Shown one piece after another: positions 1 through 9,962 of a stretch of 64,000 nt of DNA. The notes beneath the pieces were generated by a model, which saw only the letters and a program-made list of their open reading frames with translations, was not told where the DNA came from and did no database searches. Source of the DNA: an uncultured delta proteobacterium (GTDB lineage: Bacteria > Desulfobacterota > Binatia > UBA9968); assembly GCA_963840855.1 (NCBI GenBank), contig CAWJBB010000081.1:1-64000 (forward strand), in the 5' to 3' direction. Position 1 is the first letter of the stretch; each line of letters opens with the position of its first letter. The position numbers were made by a program, and so were the translations under genes.

Positions 1-992
1 TGTGGAATCGTTAAGTTGAGCGCTTTCGCCGTCTTCAGATTGATGACAAACTCAAATTTAGTCGGTTGCTCGACTGGGAGGTCGGCGGGCTTGGTGCCTT
101 TCAAAATCTTATCCACGTAGACTGCTGCGCGCTTGAAGTTCTCAGCATCGTCGGTTGCATAGACAAGCGCGCCAGCCTCTACAAAATCACTTCCTTCGGC
201 CATTAAAGGCAGCCGGTTCTTTGTCGCAAGGTCTGCAATTCGCTTTGCGTTACGTACGAGCACGTCACCCCGAGTCGTGATGAGCGCACTCACACGGCTC
301 TTGCGCGCCTCCCGAAATGCGCCTTCCAAATCGGGGTTCGGACCTCGTACCTCCAGAGATTGAAGCGGTATCTTCAGAGCACCCGCCGCAGCCTCGTACT
401 CGTTCAATTCCCTGTCCGCAACGCCGAAGACTCGTATCCCAAAGCATTCCGACACGCGATATCCCTGGCAGAACCTCCATAAGCAATTCCAGTCGTTTTC
501 CGCTTAACTCGCGGGTGAGTCTGGTGATGCCTGTGATATTGCCTCCTGGGCGCGCCAAGCTATCGACTAGCCCAGTGGCGACTGGATCCACGGTAGTTAC
601 CATGACAATGGGAATCGTCTTGGTCGCCTGCTTGGCTGCAAGAATTGCTGGTGTGAGTCCGCATGACAAGGACATCGACCTTGAGTTGCACGAGTTCGGC
701 TACAAGGCCTGGGACACGGTCCAGTTTTCCCTCAGCGTAGCGATACTCGACCACGATGTTTTGTCCCTCAATGTAACCGAGATCTCGCAGCCCTTGCCGG
801 AATGCCTCGACCAGAGGCCCGGGATTGTTGGGATCGCCAGTTGCTGAAAGCAAATCCTATCCGCGGAACTTTCTCCGGCTGCTGCGCCTCGGCGGAGTGG
901 AACCATGCCACGACCGACGTCGCGAGTAGAAAGATCGCGGCAAACCGACAGAGGATTCGATGACGGGGTTGTCCTTTGATGGTTTCGTCCAT
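1..992 (-). pseudogene. ABC transporter substrate-binding protein (COG2984 type), about 3 frameshifts; runs off the window edge
   Basis: Consecutive frames give AEAQQPEKVPRIG, EAFRQGLRDLGYIEGQNIVVEYRYAEGKLDR, AAKQATKTIPIVM...SLARPGGNITG, ELNEYEAAAGALKIPLQSLEVRGP and [22 protein letters not shown] at 992 with GGAGG upstream. Confidence 0.85.
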
Positions 993-1173
993 TGAGAAAC
1001 CTCCAAGAAAGACCGAACGGAAATGAACCGGCCGGGCTTCGATGTTCAGTTTAAAGTCGCTACCGCCGGAATTACGCCCGGAGCAAGGAGTAATTCTTCT
1101 TATTGCACAGGGCGCTGAACTGTCAAAGCCCAATGACCACGACGGCCCGCAACGTGCGAATCCATATTATTAG

Positions 1174-1189
1174 AGCAATCGTTATACCA
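1174..1189 (-). promoter_or_regulatory. sigma54 (-24/-12) promoter
   Basis: Minus strand TGGTATAACGATTGCT has exact GG-N10-GC spacing, about 180 nt upstream of the SBP start. Confidence 0.7.
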
Positions 1190-1280
1190 TTTCGTCTGAA
1201 AATGCGCAGCCCTGTATCATGTTGTAATGATGAGATTTTTAAAAAGCGGAGAGCAGGGTTTGGGTGCGCTTGATATGGGG

Positions 1281-1323
1281 AGGTGTAGTCATTTTGATCG
1301 AGGTGTATCAAAATTGCTACACC
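1281..1323. promoter_or_regulatory. Inverted repeat with a TGT-N12-ACA site, probable enhancer-binding-protein UAS
   Basis: AGGTGTAGTCATTTTGAT...ATCAAAATTGCTACACCT (16/18 inverted match) containing TGTATCAAAATTGCTACA, about 90-135 nt upstream of the sigma54 site. Confidence 0.55.
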
Positions 1324-1381
1324 TATTGTCGCGAAGGCGGAGGCGATGAAACGCTTCGGACGTATCCAAATCGACTCGCTA

Positions 1382-1556
1382 CTAGTGTAGTCTCTCTTAA
1401 ATTTAGGTCATTATTTCACACGTCATTCCGGCCAAGCTGGCGATAGCTAGCGTGAGCCGGAATCCAGGAATTTAGGGAAGTCTGGATTCCCGCTTCCGCG
1501 GGAATGACGACTGGGAGCATTGTATTAGTCCTCGAATTACTGAGACACTACACCAG
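1382..1556. mobile_element. MITE-like element with CTAG-flanked inverted ends carrying a GTCATTCC/GGAATGAC REP-like palindrome pair
   Basis: Left CTAGTGTAGTCTCTC vs right TGAGACACTACACCAG; internal CGTCATTCCGG...GGAATCCAG and TGGATTCCCGC...GCGGGAATGACG (1421-1509). Confidence 0.65.
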
Positions 1557-1652
1557 AATTTCCCGCTTCCCAATTCAGCTCGATCAGACACAGTACCAAG
1601 CAATGGCGTGAACGTCAGTTAATTTGTGCTTTACATTTCTCTCCGGGCCCCG

Positions 1653-2369
1653 TTACTTAGCGTCGTGGAAAATGATTCCCAACGTGTATCGATCGCCAGA
1701 ATGAATGGTGCTGACGCCGTGACGAAACCTCGCTCGGTAGTATCCTCGCGCGCCTCGAACGGGTCGATGATTAACTGAAAAGATTACCGCATCACCCTGG
1801 TTCGGAGAGAGCACTTCGACGCGAGATTGTCTGCGCGGGCGCTGTTCGGCAAGGACAAATTCCCCGCCTTCAAAATCTCTCCCCCGCTGACTCAGGAAGA
1901 AAGTGACTTGGAAAGGAAAGGCGACGTCGCCGTATAAGTCTTGGTGCAGACAGTTAAAATCACCGACGCCGTATTTCAGTAGCAAAGGTGTTGGGCGCTT
2001 TTGGCCCATACGATGACATTGCTCGATAAAGTCCGAAAGCGATTCAGGATACCGAGGCATGTTGCTGCCAAGCCGTACGGCCCATTCATTGGCAAGCGGG
2101 GCGAGATGAGGATAGATGGAGAATCTAAGCTGTTGCACTATCCCGGGCAGCGGATACTTGAAGTATTTATACTCACCCTGGCCGAAAGCATAGCGGGACA
2201 TTTCGATCCGTGCGCGAAAGCAACGGTCATCGGCATAATAGGCCGCTATCTCTTCACAGCTTTTCTTCGGGAGAACATCGGGGATCAACGCAAACCCCCG
2301 GTCATCGAGGTCAGACCGCGTTCGTTCCCAGTCGATTTCATATTCGCGAATTGGCACGGGCATTCTCAT
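1653..2369 (-). CDS. 2OG-Fe(II) oxygenase (DUF2086 / prolyl-4-hydroxylase-like, usually Ada/AlkB-associated)
   Basis: RPTPLLLKY, LHQDLYGD (HxD), EQRPRRQSR, RHGVS, RYTLGIIFHDA motifs; start may be 2363-2390. Confidence 0.85.
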   Translation of the reverse strand: MRMPVPIREYEIDWERTRSDLDDRGFALIPDVLPKKSCEEIAAYYADDRCFRARIEMSRYAFGQGEYKYFKYPLPGIVQQLRFSIYPHLAPLANEWAVRLGSNMPRYPESLSDFIEQCHRMGQKRPTPLLLKYGVGDFNCLHQDLYGDVAFPFQVTFFLSQRGRDFEGGEFVLAEQRPRRQSRVEVLSPNQGDAVIFSVNHRPVRGARGYYRARFRHGVSTIHSGDRYTLGIIFHDAK

Positions 2370-2406
2370 AAGAGACGTCTCACAGTACATTATTGATATG
2401 GCAATT

Positions 2407-3222
2407 CTAGACGGGCCGGCAGATTTTGCAGGGGCGCATGCCTGCTCGCTTGGCTTGTCCTGAGTCGGCGAAAAAGAAGACCCGCGCAGGGTCGACGCGC
2501 GCGGCGGTTCGGCAGTTGCCTCGACAATAAATCTTGGTCCCCTTGTGACCCCATACTACGCTGTCAGGAATTCTCGGCTTCGCGTTATCCAGTTGAAAGC
2601 CTTCGCAACGAAGCAGTTGTATTTTGCGCGAGACGCCGCCCGCGTACCCGCCAATCCGGCCGTCCGAGGAAATCACGCGATGGCACGGGACGTAGATCGG
2701 CACTGGATTGTCGTGCATCGTATTGCCGACGGCCCTCGCGCTGCTAGCGGCCCCCACGGCGGCGCCCAGGGCCCGGTAGCTGACTACCGCACCGCGAGGC
2801 ACCGCCTGCAGTTTGTCCAGGACCTTCCTTTGGAAGGAATGCGCCACGAGGGTGAGATCGACCTTCTGGCGGAGCGCCTTTGCGTCTCCGGCGAGGTAGC
2901 GACGAACCTCCTCGGCGACTTCTTTTACCGCCCGTTGATCCTCGACGAGATCGAACTCCAACCGCAATTTCCCGATCTTCGCCGCCAGATCGCCGGCGTC
3001 GTCCATATAATGATTGAGCACAATGCCACGGGCGCTCATCGCCACCAGCAACTCGCCCAACGGCGATTTCACCAGCCCAACAGCGGCCTCGGGCCGGCGA
3101 ATGCGCTTCAACGCCTTATCGACCCTGCTGCGCGAGCGGTTGAGCAGTTGCTCGATAGTTTCGTCCGCGAATTCGTTGCCGATTGAACCAAGAGAGGTTT
3201 CGATTTTCATAGGTTTCACCAC
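2407..3222 (-). CDS. ogt: Methylated-DNA--protein-cysteine methyltransferase with C-terminal Ada Zn-binding domain
   Basis: Active site VPCHRV and ARAVG motif; C-terminal KIYCRGNC...GMRPCKIC matches the Ada metal-binding domain. Confidence 0.85.
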   Translation of the reverse strand: MVKPMKIETSLGSIGNEFADETIEQLLNRSRSRVDKALKRIRRPEAAVGLVKSPLGELLVAMSARGIVLNHYMDDAGDLAAKIGKLRLEFDLVEDQRAVKEVAEEVRRYLAGDAKALRQKVDLTLVAHSFQRKVLDKLQAVPRGAVVSYRALGAAVGAASSARAVGNTMHDNPVPIYVPCHRVISSDGRIGGYAGGVSRKIQLLRCEGFQLDNAKPRIPDSVVWGHKGTKIYCRGNCRTAARVDPARVFFFADSGQAKRAGMRPCKICRPV

Positions 3223-3733
3223 ATCGCTTTGAGTTTCTTCATGGCCTGAGAAACATTCGCGCGCGCGCTCTCTTCTGAACAGCCGATCGCACTTGCTATT
3301 TCCGCATAGTCCAGGCCGGCCAAATAGCGCAGCTGCACTGCTTCTCGTTGTTTTGTTGGGAGATCAGCAATCATCTCGCGCAGATGGACGGCCGCGTACC
3401 CGTCGTTTTCATCACGTGAGCGATAGTGCCTTCCCGATGTGTTTCCTGCCGAGAACTCCATGTTATCGGAACTATCACGCGCGCCCGGCGCGCGCCGTCA
3501 CGCGACCGATTGCGGCACAGGTTGATGGCGATCGCATACAACCATGGCCTGACGGCGCTTTTGGGCTGAAGTCGCGGATAAGCGCGGTAAGCGTGCAACC
3601 AGGTGTCCTGAAACAAGTCGGCAGCGTCCTCGCGATTGCCCGATGCGCGCAGGAGATAACGCATAATCTCCCGTTGGTGGCGCTGCATTATCTGTTCGAA
3701 GGGCAGCGGTACCTGTAGCTTCTCGCGCGTCAT
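3216..3733 (-). CDS. ECF RNA polymerase sigma factor (one frameshift near 3470)
   Basis: Region 2 (DAADLFQDTWLHAY...WLYAIAINLCRN) in ORF 3371..3970 and region 4 (LPTKQREAVQLRYLAGLDYAEIA) in ORF 3216..3461. Confidence 0.8.
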
Positions 3734-3861
3734 ATACCTTACTAAAACCCCGCAGGCGGTCAATTGTGAAAAGTTCTCGTTTTTTTTCGAGGATAGCCGA
3801 TCTTCTGTCGATCTCCCAACGCCAAGACGCAAAGTGCAGGTCAGAGGCCTGTCCTCCCGAG

Positions 3862-3995
3862 CGACAGACTGTCTGAAAACTCTAGGAGCCCTTCGACGAC
3901 GCTCAGGGCGAACGGGTAAATATTGAATTGTAATGTCTGGCATCCGTTCGTGGTGAGCCCGTCGAACCATGAACGCAGTTTTACACAGTCTGTCG
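3862..3995. mobile_element. MITE-like element with IS1182/IS5-like ends enclosing a CCCTTCGAC..GCTCAGG REP-like pair
   Basis: CGACAGACTGTCTGAAAACT ... AGTTTTACACAGTCTGTCG inverted ends; internal CCCTTCGACGACGCTCAGGGCGAACGG / CCGTTCGTGGTGAGCCCGTCGAACC. Confidence 0.6.
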
Positions 3996-4239
3996 AATGC
4001 GAGGGATCTAAGAAAGATTTCTCTCGGAGTTTATCCTGAGTCCTCGAAGGGTTCGAAGTGACAAGCTCTTCCTTTGCGCCTTTGGACAAGAGTGATGAGC
4101 AGGGGGGCGTTTTACTCGGCCATCGGAGCTCCAGCATTTGAAAGCGACGGCGTGCGTATGGTAAGGCGGTTTTGTCGATCTTAGCAGGGTTCACTTTCGA
4201 TCTCCGCGGCGCAGTTGGGGCTAAATAGGAGGTGAAATC

Positions 4240-5291
4240 ATGCGCTTCAGGGCAAATTCAATCCCGGCATGGATGCTGGCCGGAGCAATCGTATATTCCT
4301 TGCTTCTGCCGGCTCAGGTTCTTTCCCAGGCGCCCTATTACCAGGGCAAGACCATTAGCCATCGTCCGAGGTGGAGGGCCGGGGGGTTCGGGAGAGTTTC
4401 AAACCAGAGCGCTGCTGCCCTATCTGAAAAAGTACATTCCGGGAAATCCGGACTTCGTAATGGAATTTATGGAGGGCGCGTCGGGTAGAAAGGGCGCAAA
4501 CTACATTTACAACGCCAAGCCCGACGGTCTGAAGATCGGCTCCGCTGGCGCGATGATTCCGGGGCCGATTCTCGGCCTGCCCGGCAGCAATTACGACATC
4601 GACAAATTTATCTACCTCGGCTCAACTGAAACCGGTAATCCCTACGCGTTTTTCACCCGAAAAGAGCTGGGTTTAGACAGTCTAGAGAAGCTGCGGAGCA
4701 AGTCGGGGCTCAGGATTGGCGCTCAATCCATTGGACACTCGGTGTACGTGACAGCGCGCTTGTTCGCCTACCTGTTGGAATTCAAGGATGCCCAAATTCA
4801 TCGTCGGCTTCACGTCCCCGGAAATGGACGTTGCTATGGGCGGCGGGGAGCTGGACGCCAGAACCACCAGCGGCTTGGATGACCTAGTCCAAAAGGGAAT
4901 TAAGGAGAATTTTCATTACCATGCGACCCTCGCGGTCCCAAAGGGCGCGCCGCATCCTGATCTCCCGGGGCTCCCCGACCTGGACAGGTTTGCTAAGTCC
5001 GACAAGGAGCGCAAGGTCCTCGATCTGTTCCGCGCTTTCCAGTATCCCCGCTGGCCGATTCACCTTCCGCCGGGAACTCCCAAGGAACTGGTGCAAGTCC
5101 TGCGGGATGCCATGGCGAAGACGTATAAGGACCCGGGGTTCCAGCACGACTTTAAGAAATTGATGGGCAGAGACGCTTCACCCCTTACCGGTGAAGAGCT
5201 GCAAAAGGCCGTGCGCGAACTGCCGCGTGACGCCGAGGTGATTGCGCTCTATAAGAAGTTCGCCGATGCCGGACCGCTGCCGCCGCGATAA
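4240..5291 (+). CDS. Tripartite tricarboxylate transporter substrate-binding protein (Bug/TctC family), two frameshifts (about 4355 and 4788)
   Basis: Signal peptide plus APYYQGKTI, then GGGPGGS...YLKKYIPGNP...GANYIYNAKPDGL, then LPPGTPKELVQVLR; AGGAGG RBS. Confidence 0.8.
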
Positions 5292-5319
5292 CGAAGGCAG
5301 GCGCGGAAAGGGCCTGCTG

Positions 5320-5404
5320 GTTCAAAGTTCAAGGTTCAATGTTCAACGTATTCCGATCTTTTTATGAACCGAACAGCATAATCCTTAACTTTGAACCTTA
5401 AACG
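5320..5404. repeat. Tandem 7-mer GTTCAAN x4 followed by inverted copies
   Basis: GTTCAA at 5320, 5327, 5334, 5341; CTTAACT TTGAACC TTAAACG at 5384-5404. Confidence 0.75.
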
Positions 5405-5424
5405 TGATCCAGAATGCTGAGGCA

Positions 5425-5541
5425 TCAAAAAGGGAGAAGCGCCGAATCCAACGAGTAGAGGAAACTCATGAGGATCGTGGTCGAGTAAAAGGCGACAACA
5501 AACGTGATCATGGATAGGAAGAGTCTTAGCAACGTTGTCAT
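5425..5541 (-). CDS. Putative 38-aa hydrophobic small protein
   Basis: MTTLLRLFLSMITFVVAFYSTTILMSFLYSLDSALLPF, 12 nt after the cyclodeaminase stop; no clear SD. Confidence 0.35.
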   Translation of the reverse strand: MTTLLRLFLSMITFVVAFYSTTILMSFLYSLDSALLPF

Positions 5542-5553
5542 AAATTTCGCGTC

Positions 5554-6549
5554 TCAATACGGCAACCGCGTGCCGATGCCGCTTCCCAGCGCACTGCGAT
5601 AAATGTAACCCGCCATAGCGACGTCTTGATTCACCAGGCCGATGGCGCGGATGAAGATCCGTTCGCGGTCGGATTGGCGGGCGTGTTTTCGCCCTGAAAG
5701 AACGTCGGGCAGCTCGGCATAGAGATCCTTCTCGCTCAAGTACTTTTCTTTGAGCATGCGCTGCATGTCGGATTTGTTTTTGCAGTGCTCCCAACTGTCG
5801 ACGACAAACTTGTCGGAGTTCTTGTAAACTGAACTCTCCATCTCCTGGTTCTTGCCGATGGAGTAAACGGTGATTCCTTCATCGAGCCACGATTCCTTGA
5901 CAAATGGGGTCGAGGTGGTCGTCGCGGAGATAACCACGTCGGCGCCCTTGAGCGCCTCCTCCGTGGATTCCACCGGCCGGATATTCAATCCATATTCTTT
6001 GCCGATTTCCTCGGCGTAACGATGGCGCGATTCCGGAGTGCGCGACGTGACCCGCACCTCCTTCAAATCAAACGCCTTTGCCATCACTGGCACGGCGGCG
6101 CGCGCCGTGTCGCCGGCGCCGAGCATCGCCATCGTCGTCGAGCCTTTGCGCGCGAGCAGCCGCATGGCGACAGTGGCTGCGGCGGCGGTGCGCACGGCGT
6201 GGCACCAGTCTTCATCCATAATGCAAAGAATTTCGCCGCCTTCGCGGTCGCTGAGTATCAAAATTCGTCTCGGCCCGCGGGGCGGCCGCGAAACATCCCG
6301 GCTGCCACCCGCGGCTTTGATCGAACGAATGCGAAAACCCGCTATCGGCTCGGTCGCCAGCGCGCAACCGGTGACCCATGACTGCCAGCCCTGCTCCGGT
6401 TTGATCGCCAGATCTTCGGGGATGGACCAGATGACCCGTCCTTCGCTGTGGTCACGCAACGCTTGCTCGGTGATCTCGATGGCGCGGCCAAGGTCGAGGA
6501 CGTTCTTTACGTCCCCATTCGAGAGATAGAGAATTCCTTGTTGATCCAT
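5554..6549 (-). CDS. Ornithine cyclodeaminase / mu-crystallin family protein
   Basis: AVRTAAAA, Rossmann LGAGDTA, ADVVISATT, IGLVNQDVA. Confidence 0.85.
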   Translation of the reverse strand: MDQQGILYLSNGDVKNVLDLGRAIEITEQALRDHSEGRVIWSIPEDLAIKPEQGWQSWVTGCALATEPIAGFRIRSIKAAGGSRDVSRPPRGPRRILILSDREGGEILCIMDEDWCHAVRTAAAATVAMRLLARKGSTTMAMLGAGDTARAAVPVMAKAFDLKEVRVTSRTPESRHRYAEEIGKEYGLNIRPVESTEEALKGADVVISATTTSTPFVKESWLDEGITVYSIGKNQEMESSVYKNSDKFVVDSWEHCKNKSDMQRMLKEKYLSEKDLYAELPDVLSGRKHARQSDRERIFIRAIGLVNQDVAMAGYIYRSALGSGIGTRLPY

Positions 6550-6551
6550 GA

Positions 6552-7688
6552 CTAATTGATTATTGCCAAGTCGCGGTAGCCGGCGGTCAAAAATTGCGGG
6601 CCTTTCTCGGTGATGAGCACATCTTCTTCCAGATGAACCGCGCTCTTTTCTGAACGGACCTTGGGTTCCAGGGCAAGGACCATGCCCGGCCGATAGAGTT
6701 CCTTTTCTACTTCATTTAACGAGGGCGGCTCTGCGCGCGACATACCGATGCCATGGCCGATGCGTTTCGGGCTATCGACGGGCTCGTAGCCGCGTTTCAC
6801 CAATTCACGATTAGCGACACGCGATACCTCCGCGATGGACGTGCCCGGTTTCATCGACTCGAAACAGATGTCAATTACGTCGCAGGCGGTCTCGTGATCT
6901 CTTTTATGGTCCACGGTGGGTTCGCCAAAAATCGCCATTCGGGTAACGTCGCCGTAATAACCTTCGTAACAGGCGCCGAAGTCGGCGATCATCCGATCGC
7001 CTTTTTCGTAGCGGCGGTCATCGTAACGGGTTGACGCATTGAGCATCAAAAATCCGGGATGGCGCGGATGGGCGCCCTCCTCGATCATCGAGATGTACAA
7101 CCGGTCTGCGACATCGCGCCGAGTCATGCCGGGTCTCAACTGCGGTAAGCAACGGGCGTAGGCTTTGACTGAAATCTCGCAAGCCTTGCGCATGAAATCG
7201 ATCTCCTGCGGGCTTTTGATGATGCGCATCTCCGTCAGAGCGGCGGTGCCGTCTTTGATCTCCGCTTTGGGGAGAGCTTCGGTCAGGCCGGAGAGATAAT
7301 TCACGGGAAATCCAAGCCGCTGATCGTCGCCCAGCTCAAAGCCCAACTTGGCTTCGCCAAGGCCCATTTCTTTCACGCAACCGGCGATCATTTCCCGTGG
7401 AAACGGCACGTCCGTGTAGGCGCGTACCTCTCCCACCCAAGGTAGAGCCTTAGCCTTGGCTTTGTCGTTGCCGTAAACCAGCAGCAGCGGCTTGCCGCTC
7501 TTCGGAAGTATACAGATTTGCGGACGCTGGATGTGATCCAACTGGTAGCTGATGAGACCGCTAAAATACCAGTAGTTGTTTTTTTCCGAGACAACAAGAG
7601 CGTCGAGGCCATCACGATCCATGAAGGCCTGGGCGCGTTGGTAGCGGTCGCGATATTCCGATTCAGTGAACGGGGCTTCGGTTGCCAT
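6552..7688 (-). CDS. Xaa-Pro peptidase / creatinase family (M24)
   Basis: Creatinase N-domain, RIIKSPQEI, DFGA..GYYGDVTR, GHGIG, ALEP, HLEEDVLIT. Confidence 0.9.
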   Translation of the reverse strand: MATEAPFTESEYRDRYQRAQAFMDRDGLDALVVSEKNNYWYFSGLISYQLDHIQRPQICILPKSGKPLLLVYGNDKAKAKALPWVGEVRAYTDVPFPREMIAGCVKEMGLGEAKLGFELGDDQRLGFPVNYLSGLTEALPKAEIKDGTAALTEMRIIKSPQEIDFMRKACEISVKAYARCLPQLRPGMTRRDVADRLYISMIEEGAHPRHPGFLMLNASTRYDDRRYEKGDRMIADFGACYEGYYGDVTRMAIFGEPTVDHKRDHETACDVIDICFESMKPGTSIAEVSRVANRELVKRGYEPVDSPKRIGHGIGMSRAEPPSLNEVEKELYRPGMVLALEPKVRSEKSAVHLEEDVLITEKGPQFLTAGYRDLAIIN

Positions 7689-7747
7689 GCTGACCTCCGG
7701 CAATTTAAAGGATAAAGGCGAAAGGATGAAGGATCATTGATTTCACC

Positions 7748-8455
7748 TTAGCTCGCGACGGCTTTCCTACCTTCAATCCTCTTGACCTGGTTTACATAAG
7801 CCAGCGCCTCCTGGAGTTGAATCACCGAAGCGTACTTGGCGTTCATCTCGAAGAGATTGACCAAATGCGACGTGCGCGAACGGTCAAACACGCATTCTTC
7901 TACGAGGAAAACCGGGTAGCCATAGGAGTAGCCGTCCAGTACCGTGCCGCGCACGCAGCCGCAGGTGCTGGTGCCGGTGACAAGCAGGCAATCGATGTTC
8001 TTGCGCACCAGATAAGTGATCAAGTGGGTGCCGAAAAACGCGCTGGCTCGAGCTTTGCGCACGATGAATTCATTGTCTCTGGGCCTGATCATCTCGGGAA
8101 ATTCAACCGCCAGTTTCTCGAAATCGGTTTTGTCCACGCCGCGCTTGGTGGCGTTGCCGAAGGCGGCTTTGAAATCAGGATCGCTGGTGGAGTAGACCAC
8201 TGGAATCTCGGCATCTCGGCAAGCGTGGAGCAACCGCTGTAAGTTTGGCAGCGCATCCCAGGCCACCTGGCCACAGCTGGTGGGGAATTCGTCGATGGCA
8301 TCCATGACCGGCATTGGCTTTGTTCCCGTGAAGCCGGTGATCACGTCAATAATCAACAGCGCGGGGTTGACGCCAAATTTCTCCTTGCCTTTGTAGCCGG
8401 CCTTTTCATAAATCTGCCGTTCTTCTTCCGGGATGAATGCTTCCCAATCTCGCAT
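7748..8455 (-). CDS. Isochorismatase family cysteine hydrolase
   Basis: PALLIIDV, RKARASAFFGT, TGTSTCGCVRGTVLD; AGGAGG before ATG 8455. Confidence 0.9.
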   Translation of the reverse strand: MRDWEAFIPEEERQIYEKAGYKGKEKFGVNPALLIIDVITGFTGTKPMPVMDAIDEFPTSCGQVAWDALPNLQRLLHACRDAEIPVVYSTSDPDFKAAFGNATKRGVDKTDFEKLAVEFPEMIRPRDNEFIVRKARASAFFGTHLITYLVRKNIDCLLVTGTSTCGCVRGTVLDGYSYGYPVFLVEECVFDRSRTSHLVNLFEMNAKYASVIQLQEALAYVNQVKRIEGRKAVAS

Positions 8456-8650
8456 GATCAGCACCTCCTATCTACTCGCAACGTTAAGTGATTTTTGACT
8501 AAGCGCCGCTCGAAACTGGCCCTCTCTACCATGCTTTTGGTTCATGCCGTTCAACCGCCTCGCTTGTGTCATTGCACGCTCTGTTCAAGCCGTGGGTGGT
8601 GTATGTGGGCGCTAACGTGTCACCCTAAACGCCTAAGCTTTCGAATTTAC

Positions 8651-9718
8651 TTATGGCGAATACAACTTGTCTCCCCGTTTGGTCATGAACAAGTCAAGCG
8701 GCAGCTCCTTGCCGATGCCTTTTTCTCTGGCCTTCTCGTACATCTTGCGCGCCGTGGCGGCGAACTGGATACCCATGCCCGTGTTGTTTTTAAAAAAAGT
8801 GATCTCTTGGTCGTCTTTGCGGCCACGGCACTTGCCGTTGAGCAAATCGCCAAGCTCGTGGAGATCCTCGGCTTTGACCAAGCCACGTTCGAGACGATCG
8901 TGGAATTCCGCCTGCTTGTCGAGAAATATTTGTTGCTTGGAGCCGACGATAATGAGATCGGACTTCATCACCGCTTCGTCGTCAAGCTCTCTACGGGGGA
9001 GGTAACCGTCGCCGCCGACTATGCTGTTCAGGTGCATGCCCGCCTCAACCCATTTGCCTTGAACGACCGGGTCCACCGTATTGGTCGCAGCGGTAACGAT
9101 GTCGCTCCCGCGGATCGCTTCTTCGGCGCTTGATACCGGTGTAATTTCAACGCCGGTCTCGGCGCTGACTTCTTTGGCGAAGCGTTCGCGATTTTTCTTC
9201 GTCGGACTGTAGACTTTGATTTTGGCTAACGGCCGCACGGCGAGATGCGCCGTCACTTGAGTCTTCGCCTGCTCGCCGGAGCCCAGCAGTGCCATGACTT
9301 TCGCGTCCTTGCGCGCGAGATATTTGCTCGCCACCGCGCTGGTCGCGCCGACGCGCATGGCAGAGATATAATGATCGTCCATCATGGCGAGGATTTCGCA
9401 AGTGTCCATGTCGAAAAGCAAAACAAGGCCGATATAGTCGCCGGGGTAGACGCGCCGCTTGCTGCCCGCCACTTCCACATCCGTGGAGAAACTCGAGTCG
9501 ATGCGCAGGGCCATCGACTTCATGCCCGGAACGAGTCCCATGATATTGTTGAAATAGTACTGGCCGCCTTCTTCCTTCCACGGTGTTCTCAGACGCGCCC
9601 TTGGCGCAATCATTGCCTTGCCTTCGCCGAGTTCGCGAAAAGCTTGCTCGATGGCATCGACCTCTTCCGCCATCGGCAGAAGATTTTCCATTTCTTCGTT
9701 CTTGAGCACTAGCACCAT
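8651..9718 (-). CDS. Ornithine cyclodeaminase / mu-crystallin family protein
   Basis: AMRVGATSA, LLGSGEQA, SDIVTAATN, RRELDD, GMGIQFAA. Confidence 0.85.
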   Translation of the reverse strand: MVLVLKNEEMENLLPMAEEVDAIEQAFRELGEGKAMIAPRARLRTPWKEEGGQYYFNNIMGLVPGMKSMALRIDSSFSTDVEVAGSKRRVYPGDYIGLVLLFDMDTCEILAMMDDHYISAMRVGATSAVASKYLARKDAKVMALLGSGEQAKTQVTAHLAVRPLAKIKVYSPTKKNRERFAKEVSAETGVEITPVSSAEEAIRGSDIVTAATNTVDPVVQGKWVEAGMHLNSIVGGDGYLPRRELDDEAVMKSDLIIVGSKQQIFLDKQAEFHDRLERGLVKAEDLHELGDLLNGKCRGRKDDQEITFFKNNTGMGIQFAATARKMYEKAREKGIGKELPLDLFMTKRGDKLYSP

Positions 9719-9892
9719 GACAACCTCTCCCTTTCGATGTTGCCTACAACGAAGGCCGGCGACGAGTCAAGAATAGGTAAAATAGGCCAGACGGTGCCGG
9801 AGTGCAATGCGGGCGGCAATCGGCAAGGGGAGAGTTCCGCGGGTTGATCTTGACGCTGGTAAATTGACCGTTGAGGAGGAGATTTCGGGACG

Positions 9893-9930
9893 GAAAAAAA
9901 GGCTGAAGAAAGTCTCTTCAGCCTTTTTCT
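9893..9930. terminator. Intrinsic (likely bidirectional) terminator after ferredoxin
   Basis: GAAAAAAAGGCTGAAGA-loop-TCTTCAGCCTTTTTCT. Confidence 0.8.
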
Positions 9931-9962
9931 CGTAAGTTGGGGCAAATCTGGAGGTTAAAGAG

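Noticed and set aside
1149-1164. Second sigma54 site TGGATTCGCACGTTGC
   Set aside because: GG-to-GC spacing is 11 nt, not 10.
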